Shown one piece after another: positions 27,577 to 35,868 of a stretch of 46,418 nucleotides of DNA. The number at the start of each line of letters is the position of its first letter. Position 1 is the stretch's first letter. The notes under the pieces are model-generated. The model saw only the letters and a list, made by a program, of their open reading frames with translations. It did not search any database and had not been told where the DNA came from. Source of the stretch: PVC group bacterium (GTDB lineage Bacteria; Auribacterota; Erginobacteria; Erginobacterales; Erginobacteraceae); the NCBI GenBank assembly GCA_003561965.1, contig PWXJ01000317.1, positions 1 to 46,418 on the forward strand. Reading direction: 5' to 3'. A program made the translations under genes and the position numbers.

Positions 27577-28269
27577 CTAATCCCCGCAGACCAGGGCCCG
27601 GAAACGTTCCCGGGCGGTCGCGGCCGGTTTCCCGGCCCGCTTCAGCCAGGCGATCACCTCCGGCTGATCGGTCCTCAGGTAGGGGTTGATCCGCCGCTCG
27701 TCGCCGATGGTCGAGGCGACCGGGGGCGGCTGGTACATCCGCCGGAACTCTTCCCGGTCGCGGTTGCCGGGCTCGATCTCCGCCGCCCGGTTAAGCGAGC
27801 GTTCGGTGTAATCGTGCCCGGGATAGACCGCCGTCTCCTCCGGGAGGGCGAGGAGCCGGTCTAACGACCGGCGGAAGACCGCCAGGCGGCCGGGGGGGCA
27901 GTTGCCGGCGTTGGCGATGAAGAGCGTGTCCCCGGTGATCACCCAGCCCGGATAATAAAAAGCCACCGAATCGGGGGTATGCCCCGGGACCGGGATCACC
28001 TCGATCCCCTCCCCCTCCAGCCGGAAATCGCCGCCGCCGGGGGAATCGACGACTTCGGCCCCGGCGGCCCCGGCCAGGGAACGGTTGCCCCCGGTGTGAT
28101 CGCTATGGGAATGGGTGTTCCGGATCTCCTTCAGGATTAGTCCGCGACGCCGGAGATACTCGATAACCGGCCCCGCCGGTCCCGGATCGATCGCCGCCGC
28201 TTCCTTTTTCCCGTGGACCAGGTAGCCCAGGTTGTCCTCCCCGTAAGGGAATTGTCTGACCTCGAGCAT
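27577..28269 (-). CDS. MBL-fold metallo-hydrolase (hydroxyacylglutathione hydrolase/glyoxalase II-like)
   Basis: THSHSDHTGGN (HxHxDH) and a PVPGHTPDS block. It lies adjacent to the glutathione biosynthesis genes. Confidence 0.75.
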   Translation of the reverse strand: MLEVRQFPYGEDNLGYLVHGKKEAAAIDPGPAGPVIEYLRRRGLILKEIRNTHSHSDHTGGNRSLAGAAGAEVVDSPGGGDFRLEGEGIEVIPVPGHTPDSVAFYYPGWVITGDTLFIANAGNCPPGRLAVFRRSLDRLLALPEETAVYPGHDYTERSLNRAAEIEPGNRDREEFRRMYQPPPVASTIGDERRINPYLRTDQPEVIAWLKRAGKPAATARERFRALVCGD

Positions 28270-28308
28270 ATTTTTCCTCCTCTTTCTCCGGGAAAAGTAC
28301 TACTGTAA

Positions 28309-29292
28309 TTGTCAGTGAATCCGCCTCCGGACAAGCCGCCGAGATCGCTCTGGATCCTCGATCCCTGGGAACAGCTCCGGATCGAGCGCGATACCTCGGT
28401 CCTGCTGATGAACGAGGCCCTCCAACAGGGCTGGCCGGTCCACTCCGCCTCCGACCGGGAGATCTACCGGAACAACCGCGGCCTCTTCGCCCGGGCCCGC
28501 CGACACGGGGAACCGATAACCCCGGCGGTCGCCGGCCGGCCGGCGGCCGGGGAGGAACTCGACCTGGAGGGGTTCGACCTGGTGATCATCCGCAAGGACC
28601 CTCCCTTCGACGAGACCTACCTGGCGCTGCTGCTCCTCCTGGCCGGGCTGCGGCGGCCCCGGGTCGTCAACCCCCCGGAAACCCTGCTGGCCTGCAACGA
28701 AAAACTCTCGATCTTTTTCTTCCCCGATTACATCCCGCCCACCCTGGTCACCGCCTCCCCGGACCGGATCGGGGATTTCCTCCGGCAAGCCGGCGGGGCG
28801 GCGGTCCTCAAACCGCTCTTCTCCTGCAGCGGCCGGGGGGTCCACCTGCTCCGCTCCGGCGCGACCGGGCTGGAAGAGACCCTCGCCGCCGCCACCGCCG
28901 GGGGCCGGCAGGCGGTGATGCTCCAGCGCTACCTCCCGGCGGTGACCGGGGGGGAGACCCGGGTCTTTCTCCTCGGCGATCGGATTCTTTCGGTGATGAA
29001 GAAAGTCCCCGAACCGGGCTCGTTCAAGGCCAACTTCGACGCCGGCGCCCGGGGGGAACCCCACCGGCTGACCGGCCGGGAGCGGGAGATCTGCTTCCGG
29101 GTCGGGAAATTCTGCCGGCGCCGGGGGATCGCCCTGGCCGCCCTCGACCTGATCGACGGCTGTCTCTCCGAGTTCAACATCACCAGCCCGGGGCTCCTGG
29201 TCGAATCCAACCGGGTCAACCGGACCCGGTGCCAGGAGGAGGCCGTCAGATTCTTAAGCTCTCGAGCAGCGAATCCGGCCCCCCGGCCCTGA
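28309..29292 (+). CDS. gshB: glutathione synthetase (prokaryotic ATP-grasp type)
   Basis: TTG start as given by the track. Blocks are ILDPWEQLRIERDTSVLLMNEA, IIRKDPPFD, VVNPPETLLACNEKL, VLKPLFSCSGRGV and GETRVFLLGDRI...FKANFDAGA...DLIDGCLSEFNITSP. Confidence 0.85.
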   Translation: MSVNPPPDKPPRSLWILDPWEQLRIERDTSVLLMNEALQQGWPVHSASDREIYRNNRGLFARARRHGEPITPAVAGRPAAGEELDLEGFDLVIIRKDPPFDETYLALLLLLAGLRRPRVVNPPETLLACNEKLSIFFFPDYIPPTLVTASPDRIGDFLRQAGGAAVLKPLFSCSGRGVHLLRSGATGLEETLAAATAGGRQAVMLQRYLPAVTGGETRVFLLGDRILSVMKKVPEPGSFKANFDAGARGEPHRLTGREREICFRVGKFCRRRGIALAALDLIDGCLSEFNITSPGLLVESNRVNRTRCQEEAVRFLSSRAANPAPRP

Positions 29293-30457
29293 AGGCCCGG
29301 AGGGCGGCATCGGCCGGGGCGGTCCCCTCCCGGATCAGCCGGTCGACCGGGTCGAGAAACCGCCGGTCCTCCCGGTCCAGGTTCGCCCGGGCGGCGGCGG
29401 CCAGCTCGGCCGGCCCGGCCAGGGGGGAGAACTCCCGGCCGGAATAAAAGACGCCCTTAACCAGCGCGGCGATCGCCGCCGCCAGCTCGGGGCGGTTGCT
29501 GTCGAAGACCCTGACCTCCAGGGTGGTGTTGTTGAAACGGACCAGGGAGAAGATGGTATTGAGATGCCGGCGCCAGTCTTCCAGGTCGGGGAACCTTCCC
29601 CCCAGTCCCCGGTCGAGAAAATCCCCGAAGGTGAACCTCTCTTCCAGTTCCTCCAGCCGGCCGTCCCGGAGGATAAAGAGCATCGGGACCGAGAGGGCGT
29701 AATCCACGTAATCGGCGAAAGAGCCGATCCTCCCCCCGCAGCCGGCGGGGATCCCGCTCCTTTCCCGATCGGTCCGGCACCAGATATTCTTCCGGAAGCT
29801 GCCGGTGCAACGGTACTCCCCCTGGTAGACCGGGGAGTTGGCGAAGATCCCGGTCAGGACCTGGGAGAGGGAGACGGCGGTGGCCAGCTTGGCGACGGCG
29901 TCGGCTTCCGAGTTGTAGTCGATACTGACCTGGACCGCCGCCGTCTGGGTCATCATATGGTGACTCAAATCCGCCCGTCCCTCCCAGTAGCGGCGCATAA
30001 TCCGGTAGCGGCGCTTGGGGACCCAGGGGACCTCGGCGAAGGGGGTGACCGGGTCGGCCCCGGCGGCGATCAAGACCACCTCCGATCCGGCGGCTTCCCG
30101 GAGCCGGGAGAGGTATAGATCCAGACCGGCCGAAAACTCCGCCGCCGAGCGGCAGGGCGGGAAGGAGGCCTCGAGCTGACCCCCGGGCTCGATGCTGACC
30201 GAGTAGTCCGGGTGATCGATCCCGACGATCCGGCCGTCCTCCTCGACCGGGCTCCCCCCGCCGATCGCCAGCAGCCGGGAGAGGAGCCAGCCGATCCCGG
30301 GGACTCCCTCGTAACCCAGCCGGCGGCGGGATTCGGTCTCCAGGCAGAAGAGTTCGTACTCCACCCCGATCCGGTTGGCTTCCGCCGGCACCACCGCGGA
30401 GCGGAAATAGCCGACCAGGTCATCCCGGGTCAGCCGGGGTTTGGTTTTGTTCATCAT
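29246..30457 (-). CDS. gshA: glutamate--cysteine ligase (plant/GCS2-type)
   Basis: Blocks match plant-type GCL: IGVEYELF, SIEPGGQLEAS, PKRRYRIMRRYW, MMTQTAAVQVSIDYNSEADA, FANSPVYQG and NIWCRTDRERSG. Its 3' end overlaps the gshB 3' end by 47 nt. Confidence 0.85.
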   Translation of the reverse strand: MMNKTKPRLTRDDLVGYFRSAVVPAEANRIGVEYELFCLETESRRRLGYEGVPGIGWLLSRLLAIGGGSPVEEDGRIVGIDHPDYSVSIEPGGQLEASFPPCRSAAEFSAGLDLYLSRLREAAGSEVVLIAAGADPVTPFAEVPWVPKRRYRIMRRYWEGRADLSHHMMTQTAAVQVSIDYNSEADAVAKLATAVSLSQVLTGIFANSPVYQGEYRCTGSFRKNIWCRTDRERSGIPAGCGGRIGSFADYVDYALSVPMLFILRDGRLEELEERFTFGDFLDRGLGGRFPDLEDWRRHLNTIFSLVRFNNTTLEVRVFDSNRPELAAAIAALVKGVFYSGREFSPLAGPAELAAAARANLDREDRRFLDPVDRLIREGTAPADAALRAFRAGGPDSLLESLRI

Positions 30458-30570
30458 TGTTCTCCGGGGAAATTATCCTTTGGCCGCTTGACGATATACA
30501 CTATATTACAAAAACCTGACGGCGAAAAAGGAAATCCCCTCCCCAACGGCAGCATAACGGGAAAACCGGG

Positions 30571-30867
30571 TTGAAGCATCTGGTAAAAATCGTCTGGCTG
30601 GGCCTGATCGCGGCGCTGGTAGCCTTTTTCGGCTATCATTCCTACCACAAGTTCGTCGAACTCCAGACGCTCCGGCGACGGCAGATGGTCTACGAGGAGC
30701 GGATCGCCCAGCTCGAGACCCGGGTCGCCGACCTGGCCCGGGAGATCGAGGAGATCCACCACGACCCGGAACGGCTGGAGAGGCTGGCCCGGGAGCGGCT
30801 GGGGCTGGCCGGAGAGGACGAGAAGATCTTCATCATCGAGACCGGGCCGACCCCGGCCGGAGAGTGA
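30571..30867 (+). CDS. septum formation initiator family protein (FtsB/DivIC-like)
   Basis: 98 aa with a TTG start. It has an N-terminal TM helix (IVWLGLIAALVAFFGY) followed by a coiled-coil and a PERLERLARERLGL block. Confidence 0.6.
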   Translation: MKHLVKIVWLGLIAALVAFFGYHSYHKFVELQTLRRRQMVYEERIAQLETRVADLAREIEEIHHDPERLERLARERLGLAGEDEKIFIIETGPTPAGE

Positions 30868-30877
30868 ACCGCCGCCG

Positions 30878-32344
30878 ATGACCTTCGCCCCCCTCGACTA
30901 CCTGGTCCTCCTCCTCTACTTCGGAACGATCGCCGCGATCGGCCTCTGGTCCGGGAGGAAGGAAAAGTCAACCGATGATTACTTTCTCGGGGGGCGGGCG
31001 ATGCCCTGGTGGGCGGTCACCGGCTCGATCCTGGCCACCGAGGTCTCGGCGGTCACCTTTATCGGCGCCCCCGGCTCCTCCTACCGGGGCGACTACACCT
31101 ACCTCCAGTTCGCGGTCGGCTCGCTCCTGGGAAGGATCCTGATCGCCCAGCTGCTCCTCCCCGCCTTCTACCGGGGACGGGTGACCTCGATCTACCAGTT
31201 CCTCAGCCAGCGGTTCGGGGAGAAGTCCCGGCGGACGGCGGTGATCTTCTTCTTCTTCAGCCAGCTGCTGGCCGCCGGGGTCCGGCTGCTCCTGGTCTCC
31301 CTGGTCCTGAGCGTGGTCACCGGGCTGCCCCTGGGGGGGATCATCGCCGCGGTGGCGGCGATCGCCCTGGTCTACACCCTGATCGGGGGGATCAAGGCGG
31401 TGATCTGGACCGACTTCTTCCAGTTCATCATCTTTATGGGCGGGGCCTGGCTGGTGATCTACTTTATCCTCCAGGCGATCCCCGGGGGATGGACGGGGAT
31501 GCGGGAAATGGTGGACCCGGAGAAGTTCCGGGTCTTCGACTTCCGCCTCTCCCTGACCGCCACCACGGTCTTTTTGATCGCCTTCATCAACGGCTGCGTC
31601 CAGACCTTCGCCGCCCTGGGTACCGACCAGGCGATGACCCAACGGATGCTGACCTGCAAGAACCTGAAGCAGGGCCGCTGGTCGCTGATCCTGACCGGGA
31701 TCATCGACTTCCCGATCGTGATCACCTACCTCCTGATCGGGACCGGGCTCTACGCCCTCTACGAGATCGTCGGGCCGGCCCTTCCCGCCGCCGCCGCCGC
31801 CGACCCCGACCTGATCTTTCCCCACTACATCGTGACCGCGCTCCCCCCGGGGGTCCGGGGACTGCTGATCGCCTCGATCTTCGCCGCCGCGATGTCGAGC
31901 CTCGACTCCTCGATCAACGCGCTGTCCTCTTCGGCGGTGATGGATATCTACCGCCCCTTCATCCGCCCGGGGAGGTCGGAGAAGCACTACCTGGCCGCTT
32001 CCCGGGTCTTCGTCGCCGGCTTCTGCCTCCTCCTGATCGGGGCCGCCCTGGCCCTGGAACAGATCCCCGGCGGCAAGCTCTGGCTCGGCTTCAAGGTCAC
32101 CGGTTTCACCTACGGGGCCCTGCTCGGGATCTTCCTCCTCGGGGTCCTGACCCGGACCACCAACGACCGGATGAACATCTTCGCGATGGTCACCAGCCCC
32201 CTGATCCTGCTGGCCTTCACCCTGGCCGAGCGCTTCCTCTTCCCGGGGAGAACCCTCCTGGCCTGGCCCTGGTACGTCGTTGTCGGGACCGGCTGGACGT
32301 TTTTCTGGGGGTGGTTCTTCGCGCGAAGAGAAAGTAAACAGTGA
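30878..32344 (+). CDS. sodium:solute symporter (SSS) family transporter
   Basis: 488 aa and polytopic, with the YFLGGRAMPWWAVTGSILATEVSAVTFIGAPG signature. The stop TGA lies inside a heptamer repeat. Confidence 0.85.
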   Translation: MTFAPLDYLVLLLYFGTIAAIGLWSGRKEKSTDDYFLGGRAMPWWAVTGSILATEVSAVTFIGAPGSSYRGDYTYLQFAVGSLLGRILIAQLLLPAFYRGRVTSIYQFLSQRFGEKSRRTAVIFFFFSQLLAAGVRLLLVSLVLSVVTGLPLGGIIAAVAAIALVYTLIGGIKAVIWTDFFQFIIFMGGAWLVIYFILQAIPGGWTGMREMVDPEKFRVFDFRLSLTATTVFLIAFINGCVQTFAALGTDQAMTQRMLTCKNLKQGRWSLILTGIIDFPIVITYLLIGTGLYALYEIVGPALPAAAAADPDLIFPHYIVTALPPGVRGLLIASIFAAAMSSLDSSINALSSSAVMDIYRPFIRPGRSEKHYLAASRVFVAGFCLLLIGAALALEQIPGGKLWLGFKVTGFTYGALLGIFLLGVLTRTTNDRMNIFAMVTSPLILLAFTLAERFLFPGRTLLAWPWYVVVGTGWTFFWGWFFARRESKQ

Positions 32345-32352
32345 GCAGTCAG
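32333..32352 (+). repeat. short (CAGTRAG)-type heptamer element overlapping the SSS transporter stop codon
   Basis: AGTAAA CAGTGAG CAGTCAG. It encodes the terminal ...SKQ and the stop. Confidence 0.6.
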
Positions 32353-32416
32353 AAGAAAAGGCCATTCTTCGGGGTGGAGGCGAAGGCGGGGCCGGGGGCA
32401 CACAGACAAGAATGTG

Positions 32417-33199
32417 CTACAGGCGGCCCTGGAGGCGGTAGGCGAGGATGCCCAGCCACTCGTGGAGGCAGCGGGTGGAGACCAGGAGGGCCTGGGCCGC
32501 GGGGTAGAACGCCAGGGGAGAGCCGGCCGGACTCCCGTAATCGTAGTCGGCCGGGGCCGGGACCGGGTCGAGGCCGGCCTTCCTCGCCGTCAGGACCGAC
32601 CGGAGCATATGGGAGGATGAAGTGACCAGGATCACCCGGTGGGGGGCGGCCCCGGGGAACTCCCGGTCGAGGATGGCCCGCGACTCCCGGACGTTCTCGT
32701 GGGTGTTGCGGGAGATCTCCTCGAACCGGAAGTCCTCCTCCGGAATCCCGATCGCCAGGGCGTAATCCCGGGAGAGGAGGCCCTGGCCCGGCTCCGGGTC
32801 GAAGGGGTCGCCGCTCCCCCCGGAGAAGAGGATCGGCACTTCCCCGCCCAGTTCCCGGTAGATCTCGATCCCCCGCCAGAGGCGCCGCCAGGTCGGTCCG
32901 GATAGTTCGGAGAAGGGCCGGGCCCCGCCCGCCCTCCGGAAACCGCCGGCCAGGATGACGATGGCGACCGGCTCCCCTTCCCCGGCGGGCTGGGGTATCG
33001 CCCTCTCCAGGGACCGGCCCAGGTAATAGGCCGTCGGTTCGATCGAGAGAAGATAGTACCCGAACAGGGTGACGGCCAGAACCCGGACCGTCCACTTCCC
33101 CTTCTTCCGGACCGCCAGGATCAGGGCCGCCGCCAATCCGAGCAGGACCAGGCCCGGGGGGAGGAAGAACGGCTTGATTAATTTCAGGAAGGTGAACAT
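32417..33199 (-). CDS. YdcF/ElyC family (DUF218) protein
   Basis: N-terminal TM helices, VAIVILAGG, and a VILVTSSSHMLRS block. Confidence 0.8.
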   Translation of the reverse strand: MFTFLKLIKPFFLPPGLVLLGLAAALILAVRKKGKWTVRVLAVTLFGYYLLSIEPTAYYLGRSLERAIPQPAGEGEPVAIVILAGGFRRAGGARPFSELSGPTWRRLWRGIEIYRELGGEVPILFSGGSGDPFDPEPGQGLLSRDYALAIGIPEEDFRFEEISRNTHENVRESRAILDREFPGAAPHRVILVTSSSHMLRSVLTARKAGLDPVPAPADYDYGSPAGSPLAFYPAAQALLVSTRCLHEWLGILAYRLQGRL

Positions 33200-33202
33200 T
33201 TT

Positions 33203-33278
33203 GGGGAATGGGGAATGGGGAATGGGGAATAGGGATTGGTAAGCAGTAAGCAGTAAGCAGTAAGCAGTGAGCAGTGAG
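33203..33278 (+). repeat. composite heptamer tandem-repeat element (GGGGAAT)x4-AGGGATT-GGTAAG-(CAGTAAG)x3-(CAGTGAG)x2
   Basis: GGGGAAT sits at 33203, 33210, 33217 and 33224. CAGTAAG sits at 33244, 33251 and 33258. CAGTGAG sits at 33265 and 33272. The element occupies essentially the whole 85-nt spacer between the rlmB stop and the DUF218 start. Confidence 0.9.
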
Positions 33279-33284
33279 CGGTGT

Positions 33285-34031
33285 TCAGCGATCCGGGCTT
33301 CCAGACCTGGTTAATTCGTAGATCAATATTCCGGCGGCGACGGCGACGTTGAGGGAATCCACCTTCCCGCTCAGGGGGATCCGGACCAGGGCGTCGCACT
33401 GCTTGAGAATCACCGGCCGGAGCCCCTTCTCCTCGGAGCCGAGAACCAGGACCCGGGGAGGGGGGAGGTCGATCCGCTCCGGGGGCTGACCCTGGCCGGA
33501 ATCCGCCCCGATCACCCAGTAACCCGCCTTCTTCAGCCGTTCCAGGGTCCGGGCCAGGTTGCCGACCCGGGCCACCGGGAGGTGGGCGGTGGCCCCGGCC
33601 GCCGTCCGCTCCGCCGCCGGGGTCACCGGGGCCTGGCGGTCCCGGGGGATTATCACCCCGCCCGCCCCCAGAGCCTCGGCCGAGCGGATGACCGCTCCCA
33701 GGTTCCGGGGGTCCTGGACCGAGTCCAGGGCCAGGAGCAGGCCGCGGCTTTCCCCGACCTCCCGGACCAGCCGGTCGAGCCCGGCGTAGTCAAAGGGATC
33801 GAGGACCGCCGCCGCGCCCTGGTGGCGACCGCCCCCGGCGATCCGATCGAGAGTATCCCGCCCGCTGAAAACCACCTTCACCCCCCGCCGGCGGGCAGCT
33901 TCGGCCAGGGCTTTCAGGTCCTTGCCGACTCCTCCCTCGGCGAGGTGGAGGCACCGGAGACGCGTCCCCGACCGGAGGACTTCCCCGACCGCGTTGCGAC
34001 CGATCACCACCCTCTGCTCTCCGCCGCTCAT
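33285..34031 (-). CDS. rlmB: 23S rRNA (guanosine-2'-O-)-methyltransferase, SpoU/TrmH family
   Basis: LALDSVQDPRNLGAVIRSAEALGAGGVIIP and IPLSGKVDSLNVAVAAGILIYE motifs, with an N-terminal substrate-binding domain. Confidence 0.85.
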   Translation of the reverse strand: MSGGEQRVVIGRNAVGEVLRSGTRLRCLHLAEGGVGKDLKALAEAARRRGVKVVFSGRDTLDRIAGGGRHQGAAAVLDPFDYAGLDRLVREVGESRGLLLALDSVQDPRNLGAVIRSAEALGAGGVIIPRDRQAPVTPAAERTAAGATAHLPVARVGNLARTLERLKKAGYWVIGADSGQGQPPERIDLPPPRVLVLGSEEKGLRPVILKQCDALVRIPLSGKVDSLNVAVAAGILIYELTRSGSPDR

Positions 34032-34113
34032 TGCCGCAGGGTAGCATAACCGGCCGGCCGCGGCAAGAGAGCCGCCCGGAAGAACCCCCTTTCCCGGGGA
34101 GGCGGCCGCCGGA

Positions 34114-34584
34114 TCACTTTTCCGCCCAGTCCCGGAGTTCCCGCTTGATCTTCTCCTCGATCCTCCGGCTGATCTCCTTCCACTCCCCGTCGTCCCCTTT
34201 CTTCTCCTCGTTCAGCCAGTCGGCGATACCCCGGCGGATCTTTCTCTCCACCTTCTCCCCGATCTCATCCCACTCCTTCTCGGCCGGACTTTTGGATTGC
34301 CAACCGGCCTTGAGGCCCCCCCCGAAGATGACGGCGACCCCGAGCAGGAAGCCGAAGTCATACCAGCTGCCGGTATTGCTGACTTCGTAGATCCGGACCG
34401 CCGGGCTGAAGAGCCCGATGATAAAGGTTACCGGGCTGATCAGCCCGTGCCAGAGCCCGGCCCAGAATCCGGCCGGACTTTCCCCGAACCGGGATCCTTC
34501 CCCGGCCGCGCACCCCGCGATCACCAGCAAGGCCGCAAAAATCAGGGCGGTCGCCGTCAATTTTCCCTTCGATATTCGCATCAT
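34114..34584 (-). CDS. hypothetical membrane lipoprotein with a charged, internally duplicated C-terminal tail
   Basis: Lipobox ALLVIAGC and two or three TM segments. The tail has two similar units of about 20 aa (EWDEIGEKVERKIRRGIADW and EWKEISRRIEEKIKRELRDW). Confidence 0.6.
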   Translation of the reverse strand: MMRISKGKLTATALIFAALLVIAGCAAGEGSRFGESPAGFWAGLWHGLISPVTFIIGLFSPAVRIYEVSNTGSWYDFGFLLGVAVIFGGGLKAGWQSKSPAEKEWDEIGEKVERKIRRGIADWLNEEKKGDDGEWKEISRRIEEKIKRELRDWAEK

Positions 34585-34771
34585 TACCTCCCCGGCTCCC
34601 GGAGCCGACGATTAAAGATTTTTGATTATATAATTTACGTTTTAGAGAAAGATAGAACAATTTTTAGAATAATTTTCCTTGAATTCAGCTTTCCGAATAA
34701 TTATTATTCTTACCGGAAACGTTTTTCGGAATATAGCGCCGTAATCAGTGTCAACCGAACCGGAGGTCCCG
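34585..34771. promoter_or_regulatory. AT-rich divergent promoter region with repeated GAATAATT / TTCSGAATA motifs
   Basis: GC content drops sharply compared with the flanking sequence. GAATAATT occurs twice about 29 nt apart. TTTCCGAATAA and TTTCGGAATAT both occur, as does the inverted repeat TTTCCG...CGGAAA. A GGAGG RBS precedes the ATG at 34772. Confidence 0.45.
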
Positions 34772-35833
34772 ATGAAAAGAAACACCGGATTGACCCTGAA
34801 ACTGCTTGGTGTTTTAGCCGGGGTGCTGATCCTCTCCGGATGCCGTCCGGCTCCCCAACCGGTGGGGCAGCTGGTAATCTTCAACTGGGAAGACTACCTG
34901 GCCCCGGAGACCATCCCCGCCTTCGAGCGGCGGTATCGAGCCGAGGGGGTGGTGGAGACCTTCCCCGATGAGAGAACACTCCTGGAAGAACTGCAACAGG
35001 GGGAGAGAAACTACGATCTGATCGTGGCCGGCAACGCCCTGGTGGAGAAAATGATCCGGCTCGGCCTGCTCCAGCCGATCGACCTGGCGAACATTTCCAA
35101 TTACCCCAACCTGGACCCGGGTTTCCAGAGCCTCCACTACGACCCGGGGAACCGTTACTCCATCCCCTATATGTGGGGGACAACCGGGATCGCCCTCAAC
35201 CGGGATAAAATCACCCGGGAAGCCGACAGCTGGTCGATCCTCTGGAACCCGGAGTACCGGGGGCGGCTGGCGATGCTCTCCGACCCGGACGAAGTGATCG
35301 GGGCGGCGCTGAAATACCTGGGATACAACATCAACACCATCAACCACGCCCAGCTGGAGGAGGCCCGGGCCGCCCTGGTGGAGCAGAAACCCCTCCTGGT
35401 CGGTTACCTCGACCCCCAGCAGATCAAGGACGGGATGATCGCCGGGGAGATCTGGGCCGCCCAGCTCTACAGCGGGGACGCGATGATGGTCGCGGAAGAG
35501 AAACCGGAGGTGGTTTACCTGATCCCCCGGGAAGGAACCGACCTCTGGGTGGATAATTTCGCCGTCCCGGCCGGGGCGGTTAATCGGCGGGGGGCCGAGC
35601 TCTTTATCAATTTCTGCCTGGAGCCGGAGATCAGCGCCGCCAACGCCAACTATCTCCGTTACGCCAACACCAACCGGGCCGCCCGTCCCCTTACCGACCC
35701 GGAAATTCTCGCCGATCCCGGACTCTACCCGCCGCCGGAAGTAATCGAACTCTTGGAGATCACTTCCCTGGAGACCTTTCCCGAGATCCGGGAGATCCGG
35801 GCCGGGATCTGGGAAGAACTGGTTGGCGAATAA
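34772..35833 (+). CDS. PotD/PotF-like polyamine ABC transporter substrate-binding lipoprotein
   Basis: Start at the ATG at 34772 (MKRNTGLTLKLLGVLAGVLILSGC lipobox). LVIFNWEDYLAPETIPAFE and IPYMWGTTGIALN blocks. No permease or ATPase genes lie adjacent. Confidence 0.8.
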   Translation: MKRNTGLTLKLLGVLAGVLILSGCRPAPQPVGQLVIFNWEDYLAPETIPAFERRYRAEGVVETFPDERTLLEELQQGERNYDLIVAGNALVEKMIRLGLLQPIDLANISNYPNLDPGFQSLHYDPGNRYSIPYMWGTTGIALNRDKITREADSWSILWNPEYRGRLAMLSDPDEVIGAALKYLGYNINTINHAQLEEARAALVEQKPLLVGYLDPQQIKDGMIAGEIWAAQLYSGDAMMVAEEKPEVVYLIPREGTDLWVDNFAVPAGAVNRRGAELFINFCLEPEISAANANYLRYANTNRAARPLTDPEILADPGLYPPPEVIELLEITSLETFPEIREIRAGIWEELVGE

Positions 35834-35868
35834 GATATGGTTATCGGCAAACTGCCGGGAGGATTACT

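Noticed and set aside
30968-32401. A 477-aa minus-strand ORF and a 442-aa alternative plus-frame ORF (31009-32337) over the SSS transporter.
   Set aside because: The transporter frame has polytopic hydrophobic helices and the SSS signature. The competing frames are Pro/Gly/Asp/Arg-rich GC artefacts.
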